Made by a program: the position numbers and the translations under genes. From Candidatus Obscuribacterales bacterium (GTDB lineage Bacteria > Cyanobacteriota > Vampirovibrionia > Obscuribacterales > Obscuribacteraceae), in the NCBI GenBank assembly GCA_965228855.1, contig CBDDIJ010000003.1, positions 1,856,001 to 1,920,000 of the forward strand: a stretch of DNA of 64,000 bases, given 5' to 3'. The notes under the pieces are model-generated. The model saw only the letters and a list, made by a program, of their open reading frames with translations. It was not told the DNA's origin and made no database searches. Shown here piece after piece: positions 28,983 through 38,907 of the stretch; position 1 is the stretch's first letter; each line of letters starts with the position of its first letter.

Positions 28983-30725
28983 CTAGTTCTTGAGTGGAAA
29001 CGACAGATCGTGAAGGACCACCTGAACAGTCGGTTTCGCGCTCATTTTCGCTCGCAGGAGTTTCATAACGGTCTCGCGCAGCGAAGACTTCAACGGACCA
29101 AGCTCCAGTCCATCCTCTTGACCGGGTAATTTATCAGCGAATCTCTTAACGGTGCTCACTATGGCCTCGTTGAGTTCGTCCCGGGTATCAAGCCATTCTC
29201 TAGACTTGATAAAGCCCGAGGCACCGGCCGTGATACTGGGTCCAGAGACGATCTCACCTGCATTATTCACCGCCAGTGATACCGTGACAACGCCTTCCAT
29301 GCTGAGCGCGCGGCGTTCTTGTACAGAGTAGGTCGTAACTCGTTCGCCCTGCTCGCGGTTGTAGAGGACCGATTGCGACTCCACTGTGCCAATCACCGAG
29401 GCGACGCCGTTTTTAACTTCCAGGATATCGCCATTTTTAATTGGAAACACGTTTTCTTCGTCCATGCCCCATTCGATAGCTAGCTGCGCATGGTGCATGA
29501 TATGGCGACCTTCGCCGACTGTCGGAATGAAATATCGCGGTCTGGTCATAGACAGCATAAGCTTGAGTTCCTCACGGCTTGCATGTTTACTCACATGCAC
29601 CGTAGGACCTTGAATTGTTTTAACTCCCAATGAAAGCAGTTGATCGAGCACTTGAGCCATGTGTCGCAATTTGCCCGGCACGATGTTTGCCGAGTAAATC
29701 ACGGTATCGCCGTCTTTCAACTTTGCATCGGGATTTCCGCCGAAGGCGAGCACGTCCAGAACCATCAGTGGTTCTTCATCTATGCCACTTGCAATTACGA
29801 GCACTTCTTCATCAGGAAGAGCGCGCAGCTGTTCGACAGTCGCTTCGATTTGGCGATCATATATAAGGTTGCCGGTTACTACTGCCGACAAAGCTGTTGC
29901 GACGAGTGATTCTCCACTGAGCACCACTTTGCGACCGGTTGCCAGCGCGACATCGAACAAAATTTGAAGGCGATGAGTGTTTGTGCCAGGGAAAACAACA
30001 AAGACGCGACCTTTCGCGTTATTCACGTGTTTGAGCAGTTCAGCTTTGACGCTGATTTCCGATGGAGTATATCCGCGGTTTTCAACGCCGGCCGAATCGC
30101 TTATCAATGCCAGGACGCCTTTATCTCCGCTACCCGCTAAACCGTTTATGTCCAAAAATCGCTTATCTACAGGCGTCTGATCCAGTTTGAAACTCGATGT
30201 ATAAACGACGATACCCTCAGGAGTGGTTATTCGAAGCGCGCAGGCATCAGCGATTGCATTATTGACATGCATCCACTCAACTTCGAACGGTCCAATCTGG
30301 TATGCCTTGCGAACCTCCACAGTGTCGAGAACCTCGGCCAGCAAGTTTTGCTCCGCGGTCCGCGTCGGCGAGGCGATATTCGACTGGCTGAGAAGTTGAG
30401 AAACGAACCGCGGCGCCATGACCTTTGGGATAGCGAGGTGCCGGAGAAGGTAGTTGACGGCACCACAGTGCTCTTCGTGACCATTTGTGAGCAAGAGGGC
30501 GAGAATGCGCTCTTGATTAGCCTCGAGAAAGTTAGTGTTCGGGAAAAGCAGATCGACGCCCGGCAGATCCTCAGCCGGATACGCAGCACCGGCATCGACA
30601 AGAATCATCTCGCCGCCGAATTGCAGAATCCAGAGCATCTGCCCGAGCTCATTTTGCCCACCCAGTGGGATGAGAGCGAGGCTGTCATATTGTATGTCGG
30701 CGGTACCGGTGGCGATGTGTGCCAT
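28983..30725 (-). CDS. rnj: ribonuclease J homologue with degenerate metal-binding motifs
   Basis: 'IPLGGQNELG', 'LPGVDLLFP', 'FKLDQTPVD', 'GYTPSE', 'HVSKHAS', C-terminal 'ERRALSMEG'. Confidence 0.88.
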   Translation of the reverse strand: MAHIATGTADIQYDSLALIPLGGQNELGQMLWILQFGGEMILVDAGAAYPAEDLPGVDLLFPNTNFLEANQERILALLLTNGHEEHCGAVNYLLRHLAIPKVMAPRFVSQLLSQSNIASPTRTAEQNLLAEVLDTVEVRKAYQIGPFEVEWMHVNNAIADACALRITTPEGIVVYTSSFKLDQTPVDKRFLDINGLAGSGDKGVLALISDSAGVENRGYTPSEISVKAELLKHVNNAKGRVFVVFPGTNTHRLQILFDVALATGRKVVLSGESLVATALSAVVTGNLIYDRQIEATVEQLRALPDEEVLVIASGIDEEPLMVLDVLAFGGNPDAKLKDGDTVIYSANIVPGKLRHMAQVLDQLLSLGVKTIQGPTVHVSKHASREELKLMLSMTRPRYFIPTVGEGRHIMHHAQLAIEWGMDEENVFPIKNGDILEVKNGVASVIGTVESQSVLYNREQGERVTTYSVQERRALSMEGVVTVSLAVNNAGEIVSGPSITAGASGFIKSREWLDTRDELNEAIVSTVKRFADKLPGQEDGLELGPLKSSLRETVMKLLRAKMSAKPTVQVVLHDLSFPLKN

Positions 30726-30826
30726 GAATCATTCACGTGTAAGCTATCAAACAATTGTATAGGTGTTCGCTTGTGGGATCTTCTAAAAACTCATAAGGCG
30801 TAAAATCTCATTATCGTAATTCGAGG

Positions 30827-32368
30827 TTGCAGCTCATGAAAACCACTCTCCCAACCGCCGAGGATTTGCTGTTTGGACCAGCGCTCTCGGATAAAAAACA
30901 TAAAGCGATCATCCAGGCGCTGAAGGATGACGAGGTTGAGGATAGTTACGAACAGTTTTACAGCCGCGTCGGCGGTTTCGAAAAATTTCTGCAAGACAAA
31001 GGCGTCAAGAAAGGCGACGTCCTCGTCTTCTTGAGCCCAAACACCATCGCCCTTGCAGTCGGAATCCTGGGCACCTGGCGCAACGAAGCCATGGCTGTCC
31101 CAATCGACTTCAAGATGACTGCCCCTGAAGTGGCGAATGTGGTGAAGAGCACCAGGGCAAAATACATCTTCATGTCCAAGCGTTTTCCAGAGAAAGATAA
31201 ACTGCGAACGCTTCTGGCGGACGATCAAGATAAGATTTTGGAACTCGAACTATCTGTTCCGGAGCCGAGCGAAGCGTTTGCTTATGAGCAGAAACCGTTC
31301 AAAGACGATTTCGATGCACTAATGATTTTAACTTCGGGAACCACCGGCGTTCCGAAAGGCGCTGTGCATACGTTTAAAACGTTGATAGCGAACCTCGTTG
31401 AACTCGGAGAAGTGGCTGCGCTCGATAACGATATCAAGTCGCTTTTGCCGCTTCCAGTGAGCCACATCTTCGGTCTTGAAGTACTCTCCGCCTGCTTGAT
31501 GCATGGTGCCACCACTATTTTTGCGGAACTGGAACCGACTAAATTTGTTCAGGCCATAAACGGTTATAAACCTGAAATCATTTCCGGTGTTCCGCTCATG
31601 TACGACGGACTGCTGCGCGCTCCGGCTTTAGCGGTGCATCTGGACAATGCAAAAATATTGCTCTGCGGAGGAGCACCACTGCCGGTGGCGTTAGCCGAGG
31701 ACTTCGAAAAGAGATATAAGAAACGGATCAACAATGGCTACGGCTCGACCGAATCGAAAATCATCGCTTTGAATTTAGACGGACCGAAAGAATCTATCGG
31801 CAAAGTCGTTCCGTCTTGCAAGATAAACATCATCTCCGAAGATGGGCAGAAGCAGCCGGAAGGCAAAGAGGGCGAGATCGTTATCGATAGCCCGCATCTT
31901 ATGAAAGAATACTTCGATCAACCGGAGAAAACGAAAGAAGTGCTCACCGCCGATGGATACAAAACCGGCGACGTGGGTTATTACAAAGATGGCTATTTGT
32001 TCATCTCCGGTCGTGCAAAAGACATGATCATCGTCGCGGGCAACAAAGTATTTCCCGGCGAAGTGGAAGGCGTACTGCTTAAGAGTAGACTCGTCAAAGA
32101 AGCAGCGGTCACGGGCAAAGAGCACAGCCGTCTCGGTCAGATAGTCAAAGCCACGCTCGTGATCTCAGACGATCGTCTGAGCAAATTCCTTGAGAGTCAT
32201 GATGAACAGGAGCGCAAAATCGCGCGCGAAGAAATTCTCAAAGAGTTGAAAGCGCATTGCGCCGAGAATCTGAAACGCGAATTACGCCCAATGGAATGGG
32301 TCCTGCGCCCGGCTTCCGAGCCGCTCCCCAAGACCCGCGCCGGCAAAGTCGATAAAAAGCTCTTATAG
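30827..32368 (+). CDS. AMP-binding enzyme (long-chain acyl-CoA ligase-like)
   Basis: 'LTSGTTGVPKG', 'GYGSTES', 'KTGDVG', 'GRAKDMI', 'LPKTRAGKVDK'. Confidence 0.92.
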   Translation: MQLMKTTLPTAEDLLFGPALSDKKHKAIIQALKDDEVEDSYEQFYSRVGGFEKFLQDKGVKKGDVLVFLSPNTIALAVGILGTWRNEAMAVPIDFKMTAPEVANVVKSTRAKYIFMSKRFPEKDKLRTLLADDQDKILELELSVPEPSEAFAYEQKPFKDDFDALMILTSGTTGVPKGAVHTFKTLIANLVELGEVAALDNDIKSLLPLPVSHIFGLEVLSACLMHGATTIFAELEPTKFVQAINGYKPEIISGVPLMYDGLLRAPALAVHLDNAKILLCGGAPLPVALAEDFEKRYKKRINNGYGSTESKIIALNLDGPKESIGKVVPSCKINIISEDGQKQPEGKEGEIVIDSPHLMKEYFDQPEKTKEVLTADGYKTGDVGYYKDGYLFISGRAKDMIIVAGNKVFPGEVEGVLLKSRLVKEAAVTGKEHSRLGQIVKATLVISDDRLSKFLESHDEQERKIAREEILKELKAHCAENLKRELRPMEWVLRPASEPLPKTRAGKVDKKLL

Positions 32369-33093
32369 CACACCGCCACCATGGACAGTGCGCAAATAAG
32401 AGCTTATCCAGCTATACCAGGGAAGCGCGCCGGAACCGTCTGCAAGTACCGAAGCCGTCCCTGTCTAGATTACCGCAACATAGCTGCGATTATCGCTGCA
32501 AAAATTGTCAGAATTAGCATGCTGACAATAAGCAACTGAAATGCAATAATGGATCTCATCTAAAGAGCGTCCTTATTTTTTGAGCAATCTCAAGAGCCGT
32601 TGTTCGAGCAACGACTCTTTTTGATTCAGGGCGTCCGGCCAATCGGCTTTGTAGATAAGCCGCCCGCCCCTGTAAGTTCCTTTTCGAGAAGGCTTTTCTA
32701 CGCCTACTTTGAAGTAGTTCATCCCAAACACCTAAAACAGAACCTCGGGCAATGCAGACGATTGATCCGAGGCTCACCCAGGTGGTTTGTTTTTGCTTTC
32801 CGTCTTGCACTGACTTTAAAACACACGAATTACTCTTCATAGATTAATTCTACAGTTTGTGAACAATTAAATCAATAATCCCTAAAGGCCCGCATAGAGA
32901 CCCTCTTGACAGATTCACCCTTTCTTGAACGGTTGAGAACTTATTTAATTTTGCTAATTTATAGACAGCCCGCAATTACTTGCGACCACCTCCCCCCTTT
33001 TAACACAACCACTGCGTGTATGCACACTTTGAAATCCAGCCAAAACTGGTTGTACGGTTGTGATAAAATCAACGTACAAGGAAGTGCACTATC

Positions 33094-36000
33094 TTGCGCA
33101 AATACAAAGAACTAGGCAATTTAATTGCGCAACTAAGGATTCGCGCCGGATATGCTCAGCAGTCAGATTTGGCGGCAATCATGAACCTGTCTCAACAGAC
33201 TGTTAGTCGTTGGGAACTCGGCGATACGCGACCTCAGCGCCAGCATCTGACATCACTAGCAAAAATTCTCAGGATAGACGAAAGTAAACTGGTTGGCGAA
33301 GCAGGATACGGCGCGGAAAACAGCCCATCAATCGCACTAGCGTCTTTTGACAATCTATTTCCAATTGATTCTCTGACCCCGGAAACTTTCGAGCGTTTCT
33401 GTCTCTATTTTTTGCAGGAGCTTTACCCTCAAGTCGCCTTTGAGAGAATGGGCAAAAGTGGCCACAGACAGGATGGCATTGACGTCTATGGACAATTCGA
33501 GGATGGCTCAAGATGGACTTTTCAGTGTAAACGCGTTGAGAAATTTGGTGCAGCGACAATCAAAAAAGTGGTTGAAGCACACAAGATGCATTCAAAACTG
33601 AACGTGCTGCTCCTGAGCAGAATAGCAAGCCCCGCTGCCCGCGAAGCGTTATCAAAGCACGCGAACTGGGAGCTCTGGGACAAAGAAAACATTACTTACA
33701 AGATTCGGCATAACCTTTCCAAACAGCAACAGTCTCGGCTTATTGACACCTTTTTCAAAGGTCAGCACATAGCTCTACTCGGGGAGCCCTACGATTCTGT
33801 CTGGCAATCAACTGAAGACTTCTATGCCCCATACGAGGACTTGAGGTCATCATTTAACCATTCATGGGAGCTAGTAGGAAGGAAAAACGATCTGGACAAG
33901 CTTCTCAACGCATTAGCACCAGAGAGAGCACCAAAGGTCATCTTGCTATCCGGCGCCGGTGGCGTCGGGAAAACTCGATTGATGAAGGAACTTGCAACAG
34001 AAATTGGAATCAAGTATCCGTCTTCGCAAATCTATTTTCTGTCAGTGTCAGAGGAGGCTAGCAGCTCTGATTTAATTACTTTGGGCGACGGAAGAAAAAT
34101 CATTTTTGTCGATGACGCTCACGACCATGAACTAACAGCCCTTTTTCACTTCGCCGCGACTTCATTAAACACGACCCTTCTCCTCTCTTGTCGCCCGTAC
34201 GCGTTGGACTCCGTTAGAGCGAAGTCCGCAGCCGCAGGTATATCTCATGAACTCATTTATGAGCATCAACTACAGCTTCTCGAATTGGAGAGTGCCGCCA
34301 AGTTATCGAAACAAGTTCTCCTCCTTCATAGCGGTCCTGTACATGCAGCCGATTCGATAGCTAGTCACACCATCGACTGCTCTTTAGCCACAGTATTAGC
34401 ATCATATGTGGTGGCAAAGGACATGCTACCGTTGGAACTCGTCAAGAACACGCGCCTCTTTCGCGACACAATGCGAGGCAAATTTATGTCCTCGCTCACC
34501 GGTGACGTAGGAACGAAAAGCGATGCACCGCTCATCAAAAAGCTTTTGACGGTCTTCGCACTAATTCAACCATTCGACGCGGGCGATGACTCTATCTCTG
34601 CACTGGTTGAAGAAGTTGAACGCATACCCATTCCCGACATTAACAGACTCACCCGAATCCTTATCACCTCTGGTTTGCTTCATAAACGAGGTAGGCAATA
34701 CCGACTCTCACCTGAGATGATTGCTGATTTTCTCATTGAAGAATCATGTGTGGGAGTCAATGGCGTCTCGACAGGATACGCGGAAAGGGTCTTTGACGCA
34801 GCAACCCGAGATTCGATTCTCGAAAACCTACTCTTTAACGTAGGGAAGCTGGACTGGAGAATGACCGACGGAAATACCTCGGACAGCAGGCTGCTAGATT
34901 ATCTATGGAAGAGATTGACTTCAAAGTATTCAGAGCCTCCGGTACGGGCGGTTACTACAGTCGCATTTTTCCAACCCCACAGAGCCGTCGAATTTGGAGA
35001 AAGTCTTCTCCGTCGCAAACGCTGTATTGAACAACTTCCCGCGTTATTTAGAAACGTAGGGCTAAACGTAAAATATCTGAGACGAGCATGCGAAGCGTTA
35101 TGGGAGATTGGAAAGAATGATGCTAGGGAGCTCAATCCACATCCGAACCATGCGATCAGAATTCTATCCGACTTAGCTTCAATTCAGTATTCATCAGACT
35201 TAAGGCTCACGAAATCGTTGGAATCAAACAGTATTGTCATAGATTTCGCTTTAGAGCTAATAGGTTCAGATTCGGCATTCGATGGTGAGTACACTCCATT
35301 CGATATTCTCCTTGGAGTGCTCAAAACAGAGGGAAGGTTCGCCACCAGCGATGGTGCCACTTGGGCGCTGACGCAATACACGGTAAATCCAACTCACACC
35401 ATCCTCTCTCTGAGAGACAAAGCCATTGACGCCGCGTTGGCGACACTTTCAGCCAGAAACTCGAAAAAAGCAATGTGTGCAGCTCGTTTTCTGCGTCACT
35501 CATTTAGACGTCCCGTTAATGGCGATTATTCTGAAGAGTGGAACCGCGATTTCGTCCGTACCTTGAACAAAATCAGCGAAGCCGTTAGTGCGAAAGTCCC
35601 CAGCCCCCAAGTATTCACTGAACTTTTGAACTCAGTACGCTGGTTCAGAGTTCACGGAAATCCTGAGCAGAAGGCGAGGGTAGAGAGTATCCACTCACTC
35701 TTTCCGGAAGCTTTGGATTATCGATGCGCGCGAGCCTTACTTTCTGGTTCAGACAACCTATTTGAAAGAAAGCAGGATGGAAACTACGGCTTGAGCTGCG
35801 GCACCCTTGCGCTTGTCGAAACGTTAAAGACTGAGTTTCCAGATGGCAATGAATTGAGAGAATTTTTGAGCGAGCAGATGAATCAGATTCGCAGAGCGCT
35901 CCCGACGAGGAGCAGCAGCGATCAGTTTTCCTTCGTTTCATCCGTCCTCAGTCGATCTGAAGGACTGGTCCGCGCCACACTAGAACATGCTCAAAGAAAT

Positions 36001-37119
36001 CATGACTTCTTCACTGAGCAGTTTGCGGGAGGGGCCTTGGCGCAGATGTTCGAGTTTGATCAAAACGCATTTCTGATTGCAAAAGCATTTGTGGAATCTG
36101 GTCGGAAAGATCTTATGTGCGCCGTGGGAGAAGCGTACACCTGGTCCAGAAACAAACGAGAGTTAGACATCCAGGATTTAGACCTATTGAAGACCCTACT
36201 TGAGACGAATGACAAAACCGTTGTTGGTACTGTTCTGAGCTGCATGCGTATGCGTGCCTTGAGTGGCGATCGAGTAGTCATCGACTTAGCCAAACATGTT
36301 GATATGAAAGAAATCGGAGATTTAGCAGCTAACTTGTTCGAAATCCTCGCAGACGAAAAGATCCTAACAAAATTCACCCCAGATGACTGCGATTACTTTC
36401 TAGAGGCCCTCTTAGAGGTTCCCGAGTTGAACAGTTATGGCGTCGAGCTGTTTTTATCATTCTTCTCTCAGCACGAAGCAGGGCGAGTTGCCAACTTCTT
36501 TATGGCTCGCGTAAACCGAGCTGTAACGGCTGAGGATTGGAACTACGACACTTGTTTCAATCCATTTACGGACAATGTGCAATTACACTTTCGCAAATCA
36601 GAAGACTTCTCTACGATAGTCCAAAAAGTTTTTGATTGGATCAAAAGCAGCCAAAATTCGATGTTCCAGTATAAGTCCGCTCAGCTTTTTGGAATGATGT
36701 TCAAACCGTTTGACGACGAGTTAGTACACTTTCTAAGTCAATGGACACTGACCAGCAAACCAGCAGATTTTCACCTTTTAGCTCAGATTCTCGCTGAAGC
36801 ACCGCGGCGGTTCGTGTTAGACAACGTGGATTTTGTAATTCAGTTTCTGGACAAGGCAAGCAGCTACGGGGAAAGTGTGGAAAAGATTGCTTTTCGATCT
36901 TTGTTTAAGTCGGCAATGAGTGGTCTTAAATCTGGAAAACTTGGAGAACCCTTTTCCAGTGACATAGAGCTGCATGTCAAAACGCAGTCTATTAGACAGC
37001 AAATTCCTAGATTCTCTTCGGCATACGAATTCTATGGCGATTTGCATAACTATGCAGCCAACGAAATCCAATCAAGTTGGAATAGAATTGACAATATCGT
37101 TTCCAGCCGAACCGACTAG
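33094..37119 (+). CDS. XRE-HTH + Mrr-like restriction endonuclease + STAND-type P-loop NTPase + helical C-terminal region; candidate defence protein
   Basis: HTH 'QSDLAAIMNLSQQTVSRWELG'; 'FERFC...QDGIDV...FQCKR'; Walker A GAGGVGKT; Walker B IIFVDDAH. Confidence 0.8.
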   Translation: MRKYKELGNLIAQLRIRAGYAQQSDLAAIMNLSQQTVSRWELGDTRPQRQHLTSLAKILRIDESKLVGEAGYGAENSPSIALASFDNLFPIDSLTPETFERFCLYFLQELYPQVAFERMGKSGHRQDGIDVYGQFEDGSRWTFQCKRVEKFGAATIKKVVEAHKMHSKLNVLLLSRIASPAAREALSKHANWELWDKENITYKIRHNLSKQQQSRLIDTFFKGQHIALLGEPYDSVWQSTEDFYAPYEDLRSSFNHSWELVGRKNDLDKLLNALAPERAPKVILLSGAGGVGKTRLMKELATEIGIKYPSSQIYFLSVSEEASSSDLITLGDGRKIIFVDDAHDHELTALFHFAATSLNTTLLLSCRPYALDSVRAKSAAAGISHELIYEHQLQLLELESAAKLSKQVLLLHSGPVHAADSIASHTIDCSLATVLASYVVAKDMLPLELVKNTRLFRDTMRGKFMSSLTGDVGTKSDAPLIKKLLTVFALIQPFDAGDDSISALVEEVERIPIPDINRLTRILITSGLLHKRGRQYRLSPEMIADFLIEESCVGVNGVSTGYAERVFDAATRDSILENLLFNVGKLDWRMTDGNTSDSRLLDYLWKRLTSKYSEPPVRAVTTVAFFQPHRAVEFGESLLRRKRCIEQLPALFRNVGLNVKYLRRACEALWEIGKNDARELNPHPNHAIRILSDLASIQYSSDLRLTKSLESNSIVIDFALELIGSDSAFDGEYTPFDILLGVLKTEGRFATSDGATWALTQYTVNPTHTILSLRDKAIDAALATLSARNSKKAMCAARFLRHSFRRPVNGDYSEEWNRDFVRTLNKISEAVSAKVPSPQVFTELLNSVRWFRVHGNPEQKARVESIHSLFPEALDYRCARALLSGSDNLFERKQDGNYGLSCGTLALVETLKTEFPDGNELREFLSEQMNQIRRALPTRSSSDQFSFVSSVLSRSEGLVRATLEHAQRNHDFFTEQFAGGALAQMFEFDQNAFLIAKAFVESGRKDLMCAVGEAYTWSRNKRELDIQDLDLLKTLLETNDKTVVGTVLSCMRMRALSGDRVVIDLAKHVDMKEIGDLAANLFEILADEKILTKFTPDDCDYFLEALLEVPELNSYGVELFLSFFSQHEAGRVANFFMARVNRAVTAEDWNYDTCFNPFTDNVQLHFRKSEDFSTIVQKVFDWIKSSQNSMFQYKSAQLFGMMFKPFDDELVHFLSQWTLTSKPADFHLLAQILAEAPRRFVLDNVDFVIQFLDKASSYGESVEKIAFRSLFKSAMSGLKSGKLGEPFSSDIELHVKTQSIRQQIPRFSSAYEFYGDLHNYAANEIQSSWNRIDNIVSSRTD

Positions 37120-38744
37120 AGAACAGCGTTCTCGCGGTAGGCGCCCCAGACGTCGCGCAGTGCGTTGCAGATTTCTCCGACGGTTGCATATGCTTCGACG
37201 CATTCGAGCAAATAGGGGAAGGTGTTCTTTCCTTCTTTGCCGGCGACCTTGAGTGCTTCCAGCGTGTTGGCGACCTTTTCGTTGTCGCGACGCGCTTTCA
37301 GTTCTTTCAGCCTCTTGGTTTGACGCTCTTCGTATTCTGAACCGATCTTCAAGATCTCAATTTGAGATCCGGGCGCCTCTTCTTTGAAGGAGGTCAAGCC
37401 GATGAAGTGACGATCTCCGGACATCATCTTGCGCTCGAAGGCATAGGCTGAATCGGCGATTTCTTTCATGAAGAAACCTTTTTCGATACCAGCGATGACA
37501 CCACCGATTTCTTCGATTTTCTTGAAGTATTCGTTCGCCTGACGTTCCAGTTCATCCGTGAGCCACTCGACGTAATATGAGCCGGCAAGCGGATCGGCGA
37601 CGTTGGCCACGCCCGTTTCGTAAGCAATGATTTGTTGAGTTCTCAATGCAACGTGCGCTGCTTTTTGAGTAGGCAATCCGAGAACTTCGTCCATCGAATT
37701 CGTATGCAGCGATTGTGTTCCACCGATTACACCGGCAAGGGCTTCGATAGCCGTTCTTACAATGTTGTTCTCAGGTTGCGGTGCGGTCAAGCTGCATCCG
37801 GCGGTTTGAGTATGGAAACGCAGCTTCCAGGATCGTTCGCTTTTTGCGCCGTAGTGATCGCGCATACGTTTCGCCCAGATGCGGCGTGCGGCACGATACT
37901 TGGCGATTTCTTCGAAGAAGTCGATGTGAGCGTTGAAGAAGAAAGATAGACGCGGTACGAAATCGTCTACATTGAGACCAGCTTCGATACCGGCATCGAC
38001 GTATGCGAAACCATCTGCAAGGGTGAAAGCCAGTTCTTGTGCGGCTGTCGCGCCGGCTTCACGGATGTGGTATCCGCTGATGGAGATCGTGTTCCAGCGC
38101 GGGACGTTTTCCGTACAGAAAACCATCATGTCTTGAATCAGTTTCAAAGCCGGTCTCGGCGGGATCAAGTAAGTTTTTTGAGCAATGTACTCTTTGAAGA
38201 TGTCGTTCTGCAGAGTGCCATCGAGCTTCTTCCAGTCGAATCCGCGCTTCTTGGCGTTCGCGAGGAACATGCAATAGATGATTGGCGCAGGACCGTTAAT
38301 GGTCATAGAGGTCGAAACTTTGTCGAGCGGCAGATCCTTGTATAGGATTTCGATGTCTTCGAGCGAGTCGATAGCAACGCCGCAGACGCCGACCTCACCG
38401 TGCGACTTCGGGTCATCGGAGTCATAGCCCATGAGGGTCGGGAGATCGAACGCGGTCGATAAGCCCGTTTGTCCTTGAGCCAATAGATATTTGAAGCGCT
38501 CATTGGTTTCTTCCGGACCGCCAAAACCTGCAAATTGGCGCATCGTCCAGAGCTTTCCGCGATACATTGTTTCATGAATACCGCGTGTGTAAGGGAATTG
38601 ACCCGGATCGGCAAGGTCTTTGTCGTAGTCGAGGTCCTTGATGTCTTCCTTGGTGTAGACGGGTTTCAAGGGAATACCGGAGAGCGTTTCATGCACCTTC
38701 TCGGATTTTTCCTTCGCTTTTGGCTTGGCTAATTCCTTGACCAT
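37116..38744 (-). CDS. B12-dependent acyl-CoA mutase large subunit, isobutyryl-CoA mutase (IcmA)-like
   Basis: 'PGQFPYTRG', 'WTMRQFAGFG', 'GLSTAFDLPT', 'QNDIFKEYIAQ', 'ISGYHIREAG'; no B12-binding domain. Confidence 0.9.
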   Translation of the reverse strand: MVKELAKPKAKEKSEKVHETLSGIPLKPVYTKEDIKDLDYDKDLADPGQFPYTRGIHETMYRGKLWTMRQFAGFGGPEETNERFKYLLAQGQTGLSTAFDLPTLMGYDSDDPKSHGEVGVCGVAIDSLEDIEILYKDLPLDKVSTSMTINGPAPIIYCMFLANAKKRGFDWKKLDGTLQNDIFKEYIAQKTYLIPPRPALKLIQDMMVFCTENVPRWNTISISGYHIREAGATAAQELAFTLADGFAYVDAGIEAGLNVDDFVPRLSFFFNAHIDFFEEIAKYRAARRIWAKRMRDHYGAKSERSWKLRFHTQTAGCSLTAPQPENNIVRTAIEALAGVIGGTQSLHTNSMDEVLGLPTQKAAHVALRTQQIIAYETGVANVADPLAGSYYVEWLTDELERQANEYFKKIEEIGGVIAGIEKGFFMKEIADSAYAFERKMMSGDRHFIGLTSFKEEAPGSQIEILKIGSEYEERQTKRLKELKARRDNEKVANTLEALKVAGKEGKNTFPYLLECVEAYATVGEICNALRDVWGAYRENAVL

Positions 38745-38907
38745 CGTTAACTCCCTTTTGATTCCGGGGGTGGCTGCGCCACGCCCAGATGATTAGCGAA
38801 CAGTTTAGATTACGAGGATCGCCTGCGCGATCAGATATGATCATCCATTACTTTTAAGAGTAATAGGTCTTTGTACTGAAATTATTTCATTATCGAGGAG
38901 CATTGTC

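Noticed and set aside
32369..33093. Short ORFs or a mobile-element end upstream of the STAND gene
   Set aside because: No transposase or integrase motifs, terminal inverted repeats or target duplication detected
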